This document shows, one piece after another, positions 18,431-27,816 of a DNA stretch of 47,904 nt (positions are counted from its first letter, which is position 1; each line of letters opens with the position of its first letter). The translations under genes were made by a program, and so were the position numbers. The DNA comes from Aquificota bacterium (lineage in GTDB: Bacteria > Aquificota > Aquificia > Aquificales > QOAS01): contig JAADES010000049.1 in NCBI GenBank assembly GCA_013153315.1, positions 1-47,904 of the forward strand, written 5' to 3'. Below the pieces are notes generated by a model. That model was not told the origin of the DNA. It saw nothing but the letters and a program-made list of their open reading frames with translations, and searched no databases.

Positions 18431-18487
18431 ATGAAATTTGCCCTTTCAAGGTTGATGATTAAAATAGGGCAATCAGAATTTTTTTAA
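18431..18487 (+). CDS. candidate 18-aa small ORF MKFALSRLMIKIGQSEFF
   Basis: Strong SD GAGGAGGT (18418-18425) 5 nt before ATG; below the ORF-track cutoff. Confidence 0.25.
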   Translation: MKFALSRLMIKIGQSEFF

Positions 18488-18500
18488 GGAATTGGTGGGT

Positions 18501-19181
18501 TTAATTATCTTCTTCAACAGGCCACCCGCAACGGACTATTTGAACCTTAACGGGTATAACGCCCTTTTTAATACCCCCTAAATCGCGCATTGTTTTGGGA
18601 TATAAATCCCAATCCCTTCCTTTGACAAAAGGCCCGCGGTCGAGCACAACGGCGTAAGTAGTTCGGCCATTATCGAGGTTAGTAATTTTTACCAAAGTGC
18701 CAAAAGGCAAATCTCGGGAGGCCAAGCCGTTGGTTTCGGGTTTAAAGGGCCTTGAAGAGGCCGTCCACTTGCCGCTACCGTCGCCGTAGCCGTACCAAGA
18801 GGCGTAGCCGACTTTCTCCGAATAGGGGCAGGTGGTGGGGTTGTATTTGTATCCGCAACGGAGGGTTAATATTTTCACTTTTTGACCATCTTTTAAAAGC
18901 CTGTGGTAGGTGTAAGGGAGGCACAAACTATAACGGCTATCGTAGTAGGCGGCAACCTTTAAAACTTTTCCCGAAGGGCTCACTATTTCAATTAAACTTC
19001 CATCTTGCACTTTGTTTGAAAGGGGCATTCGCGTTTTACAAAATTTAACTTCGGTTTCAAAATAGTCCACACACTCGGCTTTTAATTTCGCCCCCCCATA
19101 TAGGGAAGAAGTCTGTTTATAACCACCGCAGGAGGTAATTATCAGAGGAACCAACACAAGGAGGAAAAAAATATACCTCAT
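18501..19181 (-). CDS. rlpA: RlpA-family septal lytic transglycosylase lipoprotein
   Basis: Lipobox IITSC; DPBB domain GYASWYG, LPFGTLVKITNLDNGR, DRGPFVKGR..DL. Confidence 0.85.
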   Translation of the reverse strand: MRYIFFLLVLVPLIITSCGGYKQTSSLYGGAKLKAECVDYFETEVKFCKTRMPLSNKVQDGSLIEIVSPSGKVLKVAAYYDSRYSLCLPYTYHRLLKDGQKVKILTLRCGYKYNPTTCPYSEKVGYASWYGYGDGSGKWTASSRPFKPETNGLASRDLPFGTLVKITNLDNGRTTYAVVLDRGPFVKGRDWDLYPKTMRDLGGIKKGVIPVKVQIVRCGWPVEEDN

Positions 19182-19212
19182 TAAGGTGTTGTTATCTTAA
19201 AGTCCTATAAGG

Positions 19213-19923
19213 TCATTTGTTTTTGTAGAAACCGGCCTCCCTAAGTGCTTCCTCCCTCTGTATGCAAGTGGGACATTCTCCGCAGGGTGGTTCGGTTCCC
19301 CGATAGCAAGAATAGGTTTTCTCATAAGGCACGCCCAGTTTGACCCCAAGGCGGGCTATATCTGTTTTGCTCATACCTAAGAAGGGGGCAAATATATGCA
19401 TTCTCCCTTTGGTTTTGGCGACATAAACCGACCCGGCATTTATTGCAGCTTCGGCGGCCGTTATAAATTCAGGGCGGCAGTCGGGATAGGGGACATCGAG
19501 GGCGTGCACGCCTATTCCTATATAGGGTATCTCCAAGTTATCGGCAAAGGCTGAGGCTATCGAAAGGAAGATTAAATTTCGCATCGGGACGGTGGTTATG
19601 GGAGGTTCGTTTTCGGGATATTCGCCCGAAGGGACTTCAACTTCTTCATCGATAAGGGCACTACCCTTTAATGCTCGGTAGTGAGGAATTTCCACAATAA
19701 AGTGCTCCTTAACCCCCGCATCCTTGGCCAGCTCTTTGGCATATTTCAGCTCCACCTTGTGCCTTTGACCGTAATCGAAGGAGATAGCATAAACTTCATC
19801 AAATAACTCCTTTGCCAACCATAGGAGGGTCGCACTATCCATTCCCCCCGAAAGGAGAACAATAATTTTCTTTCTTTCCCACGGAAGGGGTAATTTTTCC
19901 AAATACTCCTTTAGTTGGGACAT
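19213..19923 (-). CDS. queC: 7-cyano-7-deazaguanine synthase
   Basis: LSGGMDS, FDYGQRH, VPMRN, YPDCRPEF, SCY...CG.C..C. Confidence 0.95.
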   Translation of the reverse strand: MSQLKEYLEKLPLPWERKKIIVLLSGGMDSATLLWLAKELFDEVYAISFDYGQRHKVELKYAKELAKDAGVKEHFIVEIPHYRALKGSALIDEEVEVPSGEYPENEPPITTVPMRNLIFLSIASAFADNLEIPYIGIGVHALDVPYPDCRPEFITAAEAAINAGSVYVAKTKGRMHIFAPFLGMSKTDIARLGVKLGVPYEKTYSCYRGTEPPCGECPTCIQREEALREAGFYKNK

Positions 19924-20006
19924 TGCATTTATTTAAATTAAGGGGCTTTGGTTGCTTTTCCTTTCAGAGGTTTTAGAAAAAACCAGAAAAGGTAAAAAAT
20001 TTTTTT

Positions 20007-20342
20007 TCAACGCATTCCGTGGGCATTTAGCCATTTTACAGCGTCGGCAAAAAGGTTTTTGGAACTATAACCTAATTTTTCCTCAAAGAGGCGGTTTAAT
20101 ACCATTCCCACCCTCTGACCGAGGAAAAAGCTAACAACGAACACGATAACGGTAGGAATATTTAGATGAACCCCAAAAAGGAGTCTAAAAGCAACTATGA
20201 GGGGAACGGGAAGATGAATAGCTAAAAACCATTCTTTGGAAAATTTTTTGACCTTAGCCCTCCAGTAGCCAAAGGGTATATTAACCAAAAAAGTTAATAA
20301 AGCCACCAAAAGGACATGACTTATTTGGTTTTCTCCGAACAT
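20007..20342 (-). CDS. small hypothetical membrane protein
   Basis: Three hydrophobic segments; N.PFGYWR...KFS..WF.AIH.PVP motif. Confidence 0.7.
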   Translation of the reverse strand: MFGENQISHVLLVALLTFLVNIPFGYWRAKVKKFSKEWFLAIHLPVPLIVAFRLLFGVHLNIPTVIVFVVSFFLGQRVGMVLNRLFEEKLGYSSKNLFADAVKWLNAHGMR

Positions 20343-20415
20343 GGGAAAGTCAATTTTAAGAACATTAACCTACAGGGGTAGGGAACTAATAAACAGTTTT
20401 AACCTTTAGAGGGTG

Positions 20416-21369
20416 TTAAATTAACTTTTTAAACTTCAAAAGGTATAAAAGCCCGCCGGTAACGGAAACCATAAAGAAGAGGGATATCCAAAAGCCGAAT
20501 TTATTGTGGAGAAAGGGGATATATTCGAAGTTCATCCCGTAAATGCTGGCTATTAAGGTGGCGGGTAAAAATAGGGTGGCTATTAGGGCAAAAATTTTAG
20601 CCGCCTCGTTTTGTCTAATGGTAATGAGGCCTAAAAGGGATTCCTGAACGCTATCTATTTTTTCCATATAGATGGTGGTGTAATCTGACAAGGAATTTAA
20701 ATCCTCTATAATGAGCTTTAGCTCCCTTTTGGTTACCGTGCTCAGTCGTGTACTTCTAACCAGCTTTTGTAACAAACGCTGTTTTTCGTTTATCGATTCC
20801 CTTAGGGTTAAATTAAGCTCGTCGTAGTAGGCCAGGTCTTTGATAATTTCGGGAGATTGCTCTTCAAAAATTCTTTTCCTAATGCTCCTTATTCTTTTTC
20901 CTATTATTTCTAAACGGTTTCCTATCCTTTCCACCTCGAGGTTTAGAATTTGGGCCATTATCTGGTCGGAAAAGTTGAAAGTTAATTTCCTTTTCCGAAC
21001 AAAATCTTTAAACATTCCGAAGGTGGGAATTCTTCTATATCGAAGTGTTATAAGGACTTTTCCCTTTATAAAGAACAATACGGGTTCGGCATATACCTCT
21101 TCCTTACTTTGGATAATAAAAGAAAAAATCACATAAATGTGGTCCCTACCTTCGGCAAACCTCGATGATATTTCTATGTCCTCAAACTCATCCTTTGGCG
21201 GTTCTTTAAATCCAAATTTCTCGTAAAGGAATTTTAATTCTTTTTCCGAGGGCTGTCTAACATCTATCCATAAAACCTTATAACGGGACAAATAATTTTC
21301 TATCTCCTGAACCCTTTCAAGTTTTTTTAAACCCTCTTCGGAGGTAAAGGTGTAAATTTTTAGCACCAA
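20416..21369 (-). CDS. corA: CorA Mg2+/Co2+ transporter
   Basis: WID, QNE..K, FLP.T.IASIYGMNF..IP, two C-terminal TMs. Confidence 0.93.
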   Translation of the reverse strand: MVLKIYTFTSEEGLKKLERVQEIENYLSRYKVLWIDVRQPSEKELKFLYEKFGFKEPPKDEFEDIEISSRFAEGRDHIYVIFSFIIQSKEEVYAEPVLFFIKGKVLITLRYRRIPTFGMFKDFVRKRKLTFNFSDQIMAQILNLEVERIGNRLEIIGKRIRSIRKRIFEEQSPEIIKDLAYYDELNLTLRESINEKQRLLQKLVRSTRLSTVTKRELKLIIEDLNSLSDYTTIYMEKIDSVQESLLGLITIRQNEAAKIFALIATLFLPATLIASIYGMNFEYIPFLHNKFGFWISLFFMVSVTGGLLYLLKFKKLI

Positions 21370-21429
21370 AGGTTTATATTTTTAGGGTTTTCCTTTTCCT
21401 TTGGAGGTCTAGCATAATAAAAACCCATA

Positions 21430-22758
21430 GTGGGTAGAAAAAAAATCCTAATAGTGGAAGATGAAATTCCAACCCTCGAAAATTTGAAATTACTCTTGGA
21501 ATTGGAAGGCTACACCGTCGATACCGCCACAAGTTTTTACAAAGCAAAGGAAAAACTCCAAAAATACAACTATGCGGTTGTTCTGCTAGACCTTTTCCTT
21601 GACGACGGCAACGGCATGGATTTGCTTTCCTATATCAACCCCGAAAGGACTAAGGTGATAGTCCTGACAGCCCACGGCACGGTAAATACCGCCGTCGAGG
21701 CAATGAAAAAAGGAGCATTCGACTTTCTTCAAAAACCCATAACCTTTAAAAAGCTAAAACCTCTAATAGACAAAGCTTTATCTTCTTTAAAAAACAGTGA
21801 AAAAAACAGGGAAGAAATTTTAAATAAGCTGGTCGGAAAATCGGAATTTATCCAAAATTTGAAGAAGGAATTACCCCTGTTGGCACAAAGTCAAAAAAAT
21901 ATCCTCCTGAGGGGGGAAGAAGGGGTAGGAAAAACCTTTGTAGGAAAACTAATTCACCATCTTTCACCCAAGGGAGATAGAGAAGTTTACGAATTTAACT
22001 GTTTTGGAAAGGACGAATTTCTACTGGAAAAGGAACTCTTTGGCTCCCAAATTCCCGGAAAGGAGAGCGAAGGGATATTATCTACAGCAAAAGGTTCAAC
22101 GGTTTTACTAAAAAGGGTTGAACTTTTGCCTCTACAAATTCAGGAAAAACTGGCAACAGCCATAGAAAGGGGATATTTCCAACCTATAGGAGGAAAAAAA
22201 GAAATACCCTTGGAAGTGAGATTTATAACAACAACCCGACAAAACCTTTATGAAATGGCAAACCAAAAACTCTTTTCGGAAAGGTTATTGGTTCTCCTTA
22301 ATGAGGAAGAAAAAGAAATCCCCCCTCTAAGGGAAAGAAAAGAAGACATAATGCCGCTTTTGGAGCATTTTATTGAAGAGTATTGCCTCCAAAGTGGACA
22401 TGAAAAACCTATCCTATCGGAGGAGGTTAAAAAGTTCCTTCTAACCTACCACTGGCCGGGAAATGTTAGGGAGCTTAAAAATTTAGCCGAAAGGTTGGTT
22501 TTACTATATCCCGGCAAACTGGTAGATATATCCGACCTTCAATTGCAACCCCAAACAACCAAGGAGGAAACCCTTTTCAACATAGAAAATTGGCGGAAGG
22601 CTAAAAAGCTTTTCGAAAAAGAATTCCTAAAACGCAAACTTTTGGAAACCGGCGGGGACGTTAAAAAGGTTGCAAAAATGATAAACCTCGATATATCCAA
22701 CGTCTACAGAAAGATAAAGGAATATAACCTCGAAGAGTATATAAAGAAAATGAGATAA
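21430..22758 (+). CDS. NtrC/NtrX-like response regulator (REC-AAA+-Fis HTH) with degenerate AAA+ domain
   Basis: REC motifs VEDE, LLD, LTAHG, KP; WPGNVRELKN; C-terminal HTH. GAFTGA and Walker B are missing. Confidence 0.88.
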   Translation: MGRKKILIVEDEIPTLENLKLLLELEGYTVDTATSFYKAKEKLQKYNYAVVLLDLFLDDGNGMDLLSYINPERTKVIVLTAHGTVNTAVEAMKKGAFDFLQKPITFKKLKPLIDKALSSLKNSEKNREEILNKLVGKSEFIQNLKKELPLLAQSQKNILLRGEEGVGKTFVGKLIHHLSPKGDREVYEFNCFGKDEFLLEKELFGSQIPGKESEGILSTAKGSTVLLKRVELLPLQIQEKLATAIERGYFQPIGGKKEIPLEVRFITTTRQNLYEMANQKLFSERLLVLLNEEEKEIPPLRERKEDIMPLLEHFIEEYCLQSGHEKPILSEEVKKFLLTYHWPGNVRELKNLAERLVLLYPGKLVDISDLQLQPQTTKEETLFNIENWRKAKKLFEKEFLKRKLLETGGDVKKVAKMINLDISNVYRKIKEYNLEEYIKKMR

Positions 22759-22769
22759 TATATAGCAAG

Positions 22770-23807
22770 ATGGAAAGGTCTAAAAAATGGGGGCTGTTGT
22801 TAACGGCTACTTTAGTCTTTTCTCTCGAAGCGGAAGCGGTAACCTACAATATCCACAAAGGGTGGAATTTACTGGGAGCTCCCTGTAACATACCGGCCTC
22901 TACCTTCAATAAGGATGGAATTGTTGTCGTTTGGAAGTGGGTTGCTGGCAGCTGGGAAGGATATAGTCCTGATGAAAATATAAACGCATTGATAGAGGCT
23001 TATGGGTTCCAGACATTTGATGAAATCAACGCACTGGCAGGTTTTTGGGTTTATTCGAACGAAGAGCTGTCTATTAATCTTTCGTCATGTCTTGTATCTA
23101 ATGGAACAATAGACCTCAATAAAGGTCTAATAGCTTATTGGAGCTTTGATAATTGCGAAGCTAAAGATGACAGTGGAAATGGACATGATGGAATTCTCTA
23201 TGGAAATCCTACATGTGTAAAAGGTGTCAAAGGAGAAGCTTTTTTATTCAATGGCGAAAATCAATATATCTCTATTCCATTTAAAGAAGACTTGAACCTG
23301 GAACAATACCATGAATTTACTATTTCCGTGGTAGCAAAGGCAGATAAAAGTAATGGAGTTTACAGTGTTGGTTTTTATGAAACTCCTAATGGAGCTCCTA
23401 CTCTAATAAGTAAAGATTGTATAGGGGATCCCACAGGCCCATATAATTTATACATGGGAAGCTGTGATCATCAAAATAGCACGCAATGTGTAAGTTTCGA
23501 AATTCAAAATAATAATAACCAGATTATAGAGCAAGATTTTGATTGGCCAAAGGTAAGTGCAGAGGAGTTTCATCATATTGTCTGGCGCCACTATGAAAAT
23601 GTCTATGAACTTTGGATAGATGGAGTATTAAAGCTTAAAGTTCATTCCGACTTAGAACCTGTTTCTGGAGATAATTGTCTCTTAATAGCGCGAAGAGGAT
23701 GGAGTAATGGATTTTTTAAAGGGATAATAGATGAAGTCCGTATATACAACAGAGCTTTAACCGAAGAGGAAATTAAACAACTGTACGCCGAAACAGTTGA
23801 ATATTAA
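22770..23807 (+). CDS. secreted LamG/ConA-like jellyroll domain protein
   Basis: Signal peptide; GWNLLG..W...GFWV repeat-type N-domain; GLIAYWSFD..DDSGNG.DG and FKGIIDEVRIYNRALTEEEIKQLY. Confidence 0.85.
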   Translation: MERSKKWGLLLTATLVFSLEAEAVTYNIHKGWNLLGAPCNIPASTFNKDGIVVVWKWVAGSWEGYSPDENINALIEAYGFQTFDEINALAGFWVYSNEELSINLSSCLVSNGTIDLNKGLIAYWSFDNCEAKDDSGNGHDGILYGNPTCVKGVKGEAFLFNGENQYISIPFKEDLNLEQYHEFTISVVAKADKSNGVYSVGFYETPNGAPTLISKDCIGDPTGPYNLYMGSCDHQNSTQCVSFEIQNNNNQIIEQDFDWPKVSAEEFHHIVWRHYENVYELWIDGVLKLKVHSDLEPVSGDNCLLIARRGWSNGFFKGIIDEVRIYNRALTEEEIKQLYAETVEY

Positions 23808-23928
23808 ACACACAACAGCATTGTATTAACTTTAACATGTTAATTCCCGACTAATTTGGCTTATAACGTATTTTTTGATTTTTCAATTCTAAAATTCGAA
23901 AAAAATAGCCCACTAAAATAGGTTTCCT

Positions 23929-25074
23929 ATGAAAATCACTTTGAGTGTTATAAAAGCGGACATAGGTGGTTGGGTAGGACACTCTTCCACCCACCCCGAG
24001 GTGGTTGCCACAGTTAGGGATTTCGTAAACAAAAAAGTAGCCGACGGAACCCTTATCGACGCCGATATATTAACCTGCGGTGACGACATTGCCATAGTAA
24101 TGACCCACACCCACGGGGTTGACAACGAAGTAGTTCACAAATTGGCTTGGGATGCTTTCGAAGCGGGTACCGAAGTTGCTAAAAAACTAAAGCTATACGG
24201 CGCCGGGCAGGACTTGTTGGCGGAAGCCTTTTCCGGAAACATCAAAGGTTTGGGCCCCGGCGTTGCCGAAATGGAATTTGAAGAAAGACCTTCCGAACCA
24301 GTAATAGTATTTTTCGCCGACAAAACCGAACCCGCCGCATGGAACCTACCCCTCTACGAAATGTTTGCCGACCCTATGAAAACCGCCGGATTGGTAATAG
24401 ACCCCAAAATGCACCAAGGCTTCACTTTCGAAGTGTTGGACTTGGTGGAAGGTAAAAAGGTTAAGATTAGAACCCCCGAAGAGCTTTATGACCTGTTGGC
24501 TCTAATCGGAACAACCTCCAGATACGCTATAAAGGCCGTTTATAGAAACCTCGACAATGAAATAGCAGCGGTGGCCTCCACCCAAAGATTGAACTACATA
24601 GCCGGAAAATATGTAGGAAAGGACGACCCCGTTCTAATAGTAAGGGCCCAAAGCGGATTCCCCGCAGTGGGTGAGGTGTTGGAACCCTTTGCCAACCCCT
24701 GGTTTGTTGCAGGTTGGATGAGAGGCTCCCACAACGGCCCCCTAATGCCCGTATCCTTCGAAGATGCCAGACCTTCCCGTTTCGACGGCCCGCCCCGAGT
24801 AATTGCCGCCGGCTATCAAATCGCCGAAGGTAAATTGGTAGGCCCCGCCGACCTATTCTACGACCCCGCCTTCGACAAAGCGAGAGAAATGGCCAACCAA
24901 ATGGCCTACATCATGAGAAGACACGGAGCCTTCGAACCCCACCGTCTACCTCCCGAGGAGTTGGAATACACCACCCTACCCAAAGTTTTGGAAAAACTCA
25001 AAGACAGATGGGAAGAAGATACCCAAGAAAGACTTTCCGAAGAACAACAAAGAGAACAAGGAGAGGTTGAATAA
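23929..25074 (+). CDS. fbp: bifunctional fructose-1,6-bisphosphate aldolase/phosphatase (class V)
   Basis: TLSVIKADIGG..GH, CGDD, LYGAGQDLL, DKTEP.A.N, YVGKDDP, GWMRGSH.GP, FEPHRL. Confidence 0.95.
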   Translation: MKITLSVIKADIGGWVGHSSTHPEVVATVRDFVNKKVADGTLIDADILTCGDDIAIVMTHTHGVDNEVVHKLAWDAFEAGTEVAKKLKLYGAGQDLLAEAFSGNIKGLGPGVAEMEFEERPSEPVIVFFADKTEPAAWNLPLYEMFADPMKTAGLVIDPKMHQGFTFEVLDLVEGKKVKIRTPEELYDLLALIGTTSRYAIKAVYRNLDNEIAAVASTQRLNYIAGKYVGKDDPVLIVRAQSGFPAVGEVLEPFANPWFVAGWMRGSHNGPLMPVSFEDARPSRFDGPPRVIAAGYQIAEGKLVGPADLFYDPAFDKAREMANQMAYIMRRHGAFEPHRLPPEELEYTTLPKVLEKLKDRWEEDTQERLSEEQQREQGEVE

Positions 25075-25100
25075 TTCCTTTATTTTTTCTTTTTCCCTCT

Positions 25101-26030
25101 TTAGGAACTTAGCATTATTTCGACCGTTTTAGGAACATTTCTTTTTAACACATCGAGGTTATAACCACCTTCCAAAGCAAACAAAACGGGGATATTTAAT
25201 TCTTTCGCCAACCTTACTATGGTTTCAACAATAAATTCCACCCCTTTGTCGGTTACGTTAAGCCCCGTTAAAGGGTCATCCTTATGAAGGTCGTAGCCGG
25301 CCGAAACAAGCATAAATTGAGGTTTATAGCCCTTGACGGCCGCAACGAGGGTTTGACCGTAGGCCTGCTTATAAAGCTCGTCGTCGGCACCAAATGGCAT
25401 GGGTATATTTAAGGTGGTTCCGTAACCTTCGCCGGCCCCCCTTTCCTCCGCGCTACCCGTTCCGGGATAGAAGGGATATTGGTGGGTAGAAAAGTAAAAA
25501 ACCCTACTTTCGGTATAAAAGGCGTGCTGGGTGCCGTTTCCGTGGTGGGCGTCAAAATCTACTATAAAAATCCTTTCCAAACCTTTATTTAGCAGATAGC
25601 GTGCCGCAATAGCCACGTTGTTAAAAATACAAAATCCCATAGCTTTGGCATACTCGGCGTGATGTCCCGGGGGTCTTATTGCACAAAAGGCCCCTTCTAT
25701 TTCGCCGTCCAGAAGGCTTTGAGTGGCCTTTATTACCCCCCCAACCGCCAAACGGGCAACATCGAAGGTGTGGGTATTTACGTAGGTATCGGGGTCTAAC
25801 CACCCGCCTCCACTTTTGGAAGTTTGCATAACCTCCTCTATGTATTGGGGGTCGTGGTTTAGGGTAATAAGGTCGGCGTTGGCAAAAAAGGGCTCTATAA
25901 GTTCCACGTGGTTATAAAGCCCGTGGGCCCGCATACCGTCGTCGATGGCCTCCAACCGATATTTGTTTTCGGGGTGTCCCTCGTAGTGATGGAGAAGATA
26001 ACTTTCATCAATTACAAAGCCAACTTTCAT
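25101..26030 (-). CDS. histone deacetylase-family (AcuC/AphA-like) Zn deacetylase
   Basis: HPE, RPPGHHA, GFC.FNN, DFDAHHGNGTQ, YPGTG, SAGYD...D, LEGGY. Confidence 0.93.
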   Translation of the reverse strand: MKVGFVIDESYLLHHYEGHPENKYRLEAIDDGMRAHGLYNHVELIEPFFANADLITLNHDPQYIEEVMQTSKSGGGWLDPDTYVNTHTFDVARLAVGGVIKATQSLLDGEIEGAFCAIRPPGHHAEYAKAMGFCIFNNVAIAARYLLNKGLERIFIVDFDAHHGNGTQHAFYTESRVFYFSTHQYPFYPGTGSAEERGAGEGYGTTLNIPMPFGADDELYKQAYGQTLVAAVKGYKPQFMLVSAGYDLHKDDPLTGLNVTDKGVEFIVETIVRLAKELNIPVLFALEGGYNLDVLKRNVPKTVEIMLSS

Positions 26031-26115
26031 AGGAATTTATTGTGGAATTTTTAAACCTTTGTAGTTAAACAATTTTTAATCTTCTCTATCAGGTTTTTTA
26101 TAATTTGACCCCCCC

Positions 26116-26871
26116 ATGGAAACTATAAAAGAGGGCGATTGGATTCTTATAAGGTTCAAAGATAAAAGATACCTAAAAAGGGTCGAAGCCGATAAAAATT
26201 TCTCCTATAAAGGGGGAATTCTTTATTTTAAGGACATAATAGGAAAACCCTACGGTATCCGGGTGGGGGATTTGCTAATATTCAAACCAACCTTGGAAGA
26301 AATAATCCTTTACGGCATTAAAAGGGAAACCCAAATTATTTATCCCAAAGATACTTTCTACATAGCAAAAAAACTAAATCTTGAAGAGGGAAAAATTTTT
26401 TTAGAGTTCGGCACCGGTAGCGGAGCGGCCACAATGGTTTTTTCCTCCTGCTTGGGTAAATCGGGAAAAATTTATACCTTCGAAAGTCAGGAAAGAATTT
26501 TTAAGGTCGCCAAAAGGAATTTGGAAAAATTTGGCTACACCCACAATGTGGTAATGTTTAATAAACCTTTTGACCCTAAGGAGGTAGAAGATATTTCCTT
26601 TGACGCCGCCTTTGTCGATGTTAGAGAACCCTACCCCTATGTGGAGCAAGTTTGGAAAGTATTAAAACCTTCCGCTCCTGTAGGGTTTCTATTACCTACC
26701 GCCAACCAGGTGCAGGAACTTTTAAAACATTTATCCCCTTATTTTGGGGATATAGAGATATTGGAAATCCTAACAAGGTATTATAAAGTGAACCCGGAAA
26801 GGTTCCGACCCGAGGATACTATGGTGGGGCATACCGCCTACCTTTTGTTTGCCAAAAAGATTTCTATGTAG
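26116..26871 (+). CDS. trmI: tRNA (adenine58-N1)-methyltransferase
   Basis: TQIIYPKD, EFGTGSG, DVREP, PT.NQV, RP...MVGHTAYL. Confidence 0.9.
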   Translation: METIKEGDWILIRFKDKRYLKRVEADKNFSYKGGILYFKDIIGKPYGIRVGDLLIFKPTLEEIILYGIKRETQIIYPKDTFYIAKKLNLEEGKIFLEFGTGSGAATMVFSSCLGKSGKIYTFESQERIFKVAKRNLEKFGYTHNVVMFNKPFDPKEVEDISFDAAFVDVREPYPYVEQVWKVLKPSAPVGFLLPTANQVQELLKHLSPYFGDIEILEILTRYYKVNPERFRPEDTMVGHTAYLLFAKKISM

Positions 26872-27770
26872 GGTTTAATTACCCTTACCAACTTTTTTAC
26901 TTTTTCCCTGTAAAAAAAGTCTCCCGCGAAAAGGGAAAGTTTGGGATATACCCTAAAGAGGATACTCTCTTCTTCAACTTCTATAGGTTGTGTGGAGAGT
27001 TTTTTATCCTTTTCGGGTTCAAAATTAACATCGTCCCCTTTGGAGTTTAAAGGAATTATTTCCACCTTTTGGGCTTCCAAAAGGTTGGCCAGTATTTTGT
27101 CCAAGTTTTCTTTCCAGTCTTTGCGCTTGGCCAGTGTATTGACAATAGTTTCTATTTCCCAATATACCTTCAGCTGTTTGGAGTAATTTGCCGCCGAAGA
27201 ACTGTAGGCTGCAAGCCGCCGTCTACAACTCGTAATAGATTTTACTTCAGTTTTTACTATTCTTATTAGGTTCACTTTCCAGGAAGTTAGATATATAAAG
27301 GCCAAAGCTACCAAGGCTATAGAGGCAACCTCGGGATTAATTTGGTGAAAAAGCGTCGCCTTTAAAACTAATAGCAGTCCCAAAGACAATACATAGAGAA
27401 AAACCTCCTCGTTGTAGAGGGGTGAATAGAGGATTATAGGAAGAATTGCGGGGCAGATTCCGCAAAAATTTTTAGCCCAAAATACTGCATAAAGGGCCAA
27501 AAGGTAATCCAATATGCGGGAACATTTCTTTCTGAAGAAGAGCCCATCTTTCAAAAATAATAGGGCGTGGAGCAACACATACATTAGGGCGGGAAAAACA
27601 ACCAAAGGGGCGGCCCCTGCATAACCTTTTCCAAAAACCCCAATTAGGATAATCCAAACAACCAACCCTATTTTGGCTATAAAGTAATAAGCCCTCTCAT
27701 TTTCCGTCTCGAATTCGTTTATAAACCTCCGTAAGGTTTTTATAAACTCTTTATTGCCATTCGGAGACAT
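26838..27770 (-). CDS. hypothetical multi-pass membrane protein with soluble C-terminal region
   Basis: About 5-6 hydrophobic helices then a helical/charged tail; no family recognised. Confidence 0.7.
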   Translation of the reverse strand: MSPNGNKEFIKTLRRFINEFETENERAYYFIAKIGLVVWIILIGVFGKGYAGAAPLVVFPALMYVLLHALLFLKDGLFFRKKCSRILDYLLALYAVFWAKNFCGICPAILPIILYSPLYNEEVFLYVLSLGLLLVLKATLFHQINPEVASIALVALAFIYLTSWKVNLIRIVKTEVKSITSCRRRLAAYSSSAANYSKQLKVYWEIETIVNTLAKRKDWKENLDKILANLLEAQKVEIIPLNSKGDDVNFEPEKDKKLSTQPIEVEEESILFRVYPKLSLFAGDFFYREKVKKLVRVIKPYIEIFLANKR

Positions 27771-27816
27771 TTAAGAAAAAGCTTAATTCTTTCGGAGTTT
27801 TTTCTAATAATTGTTT

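Noticed and set aside
19960-19995. preQ1-like AGAGGTTTTAG upstream of queC
   Set aside because: It is on the strand opposite queC and lacks the closing CCTCT stem and A-rich tail.
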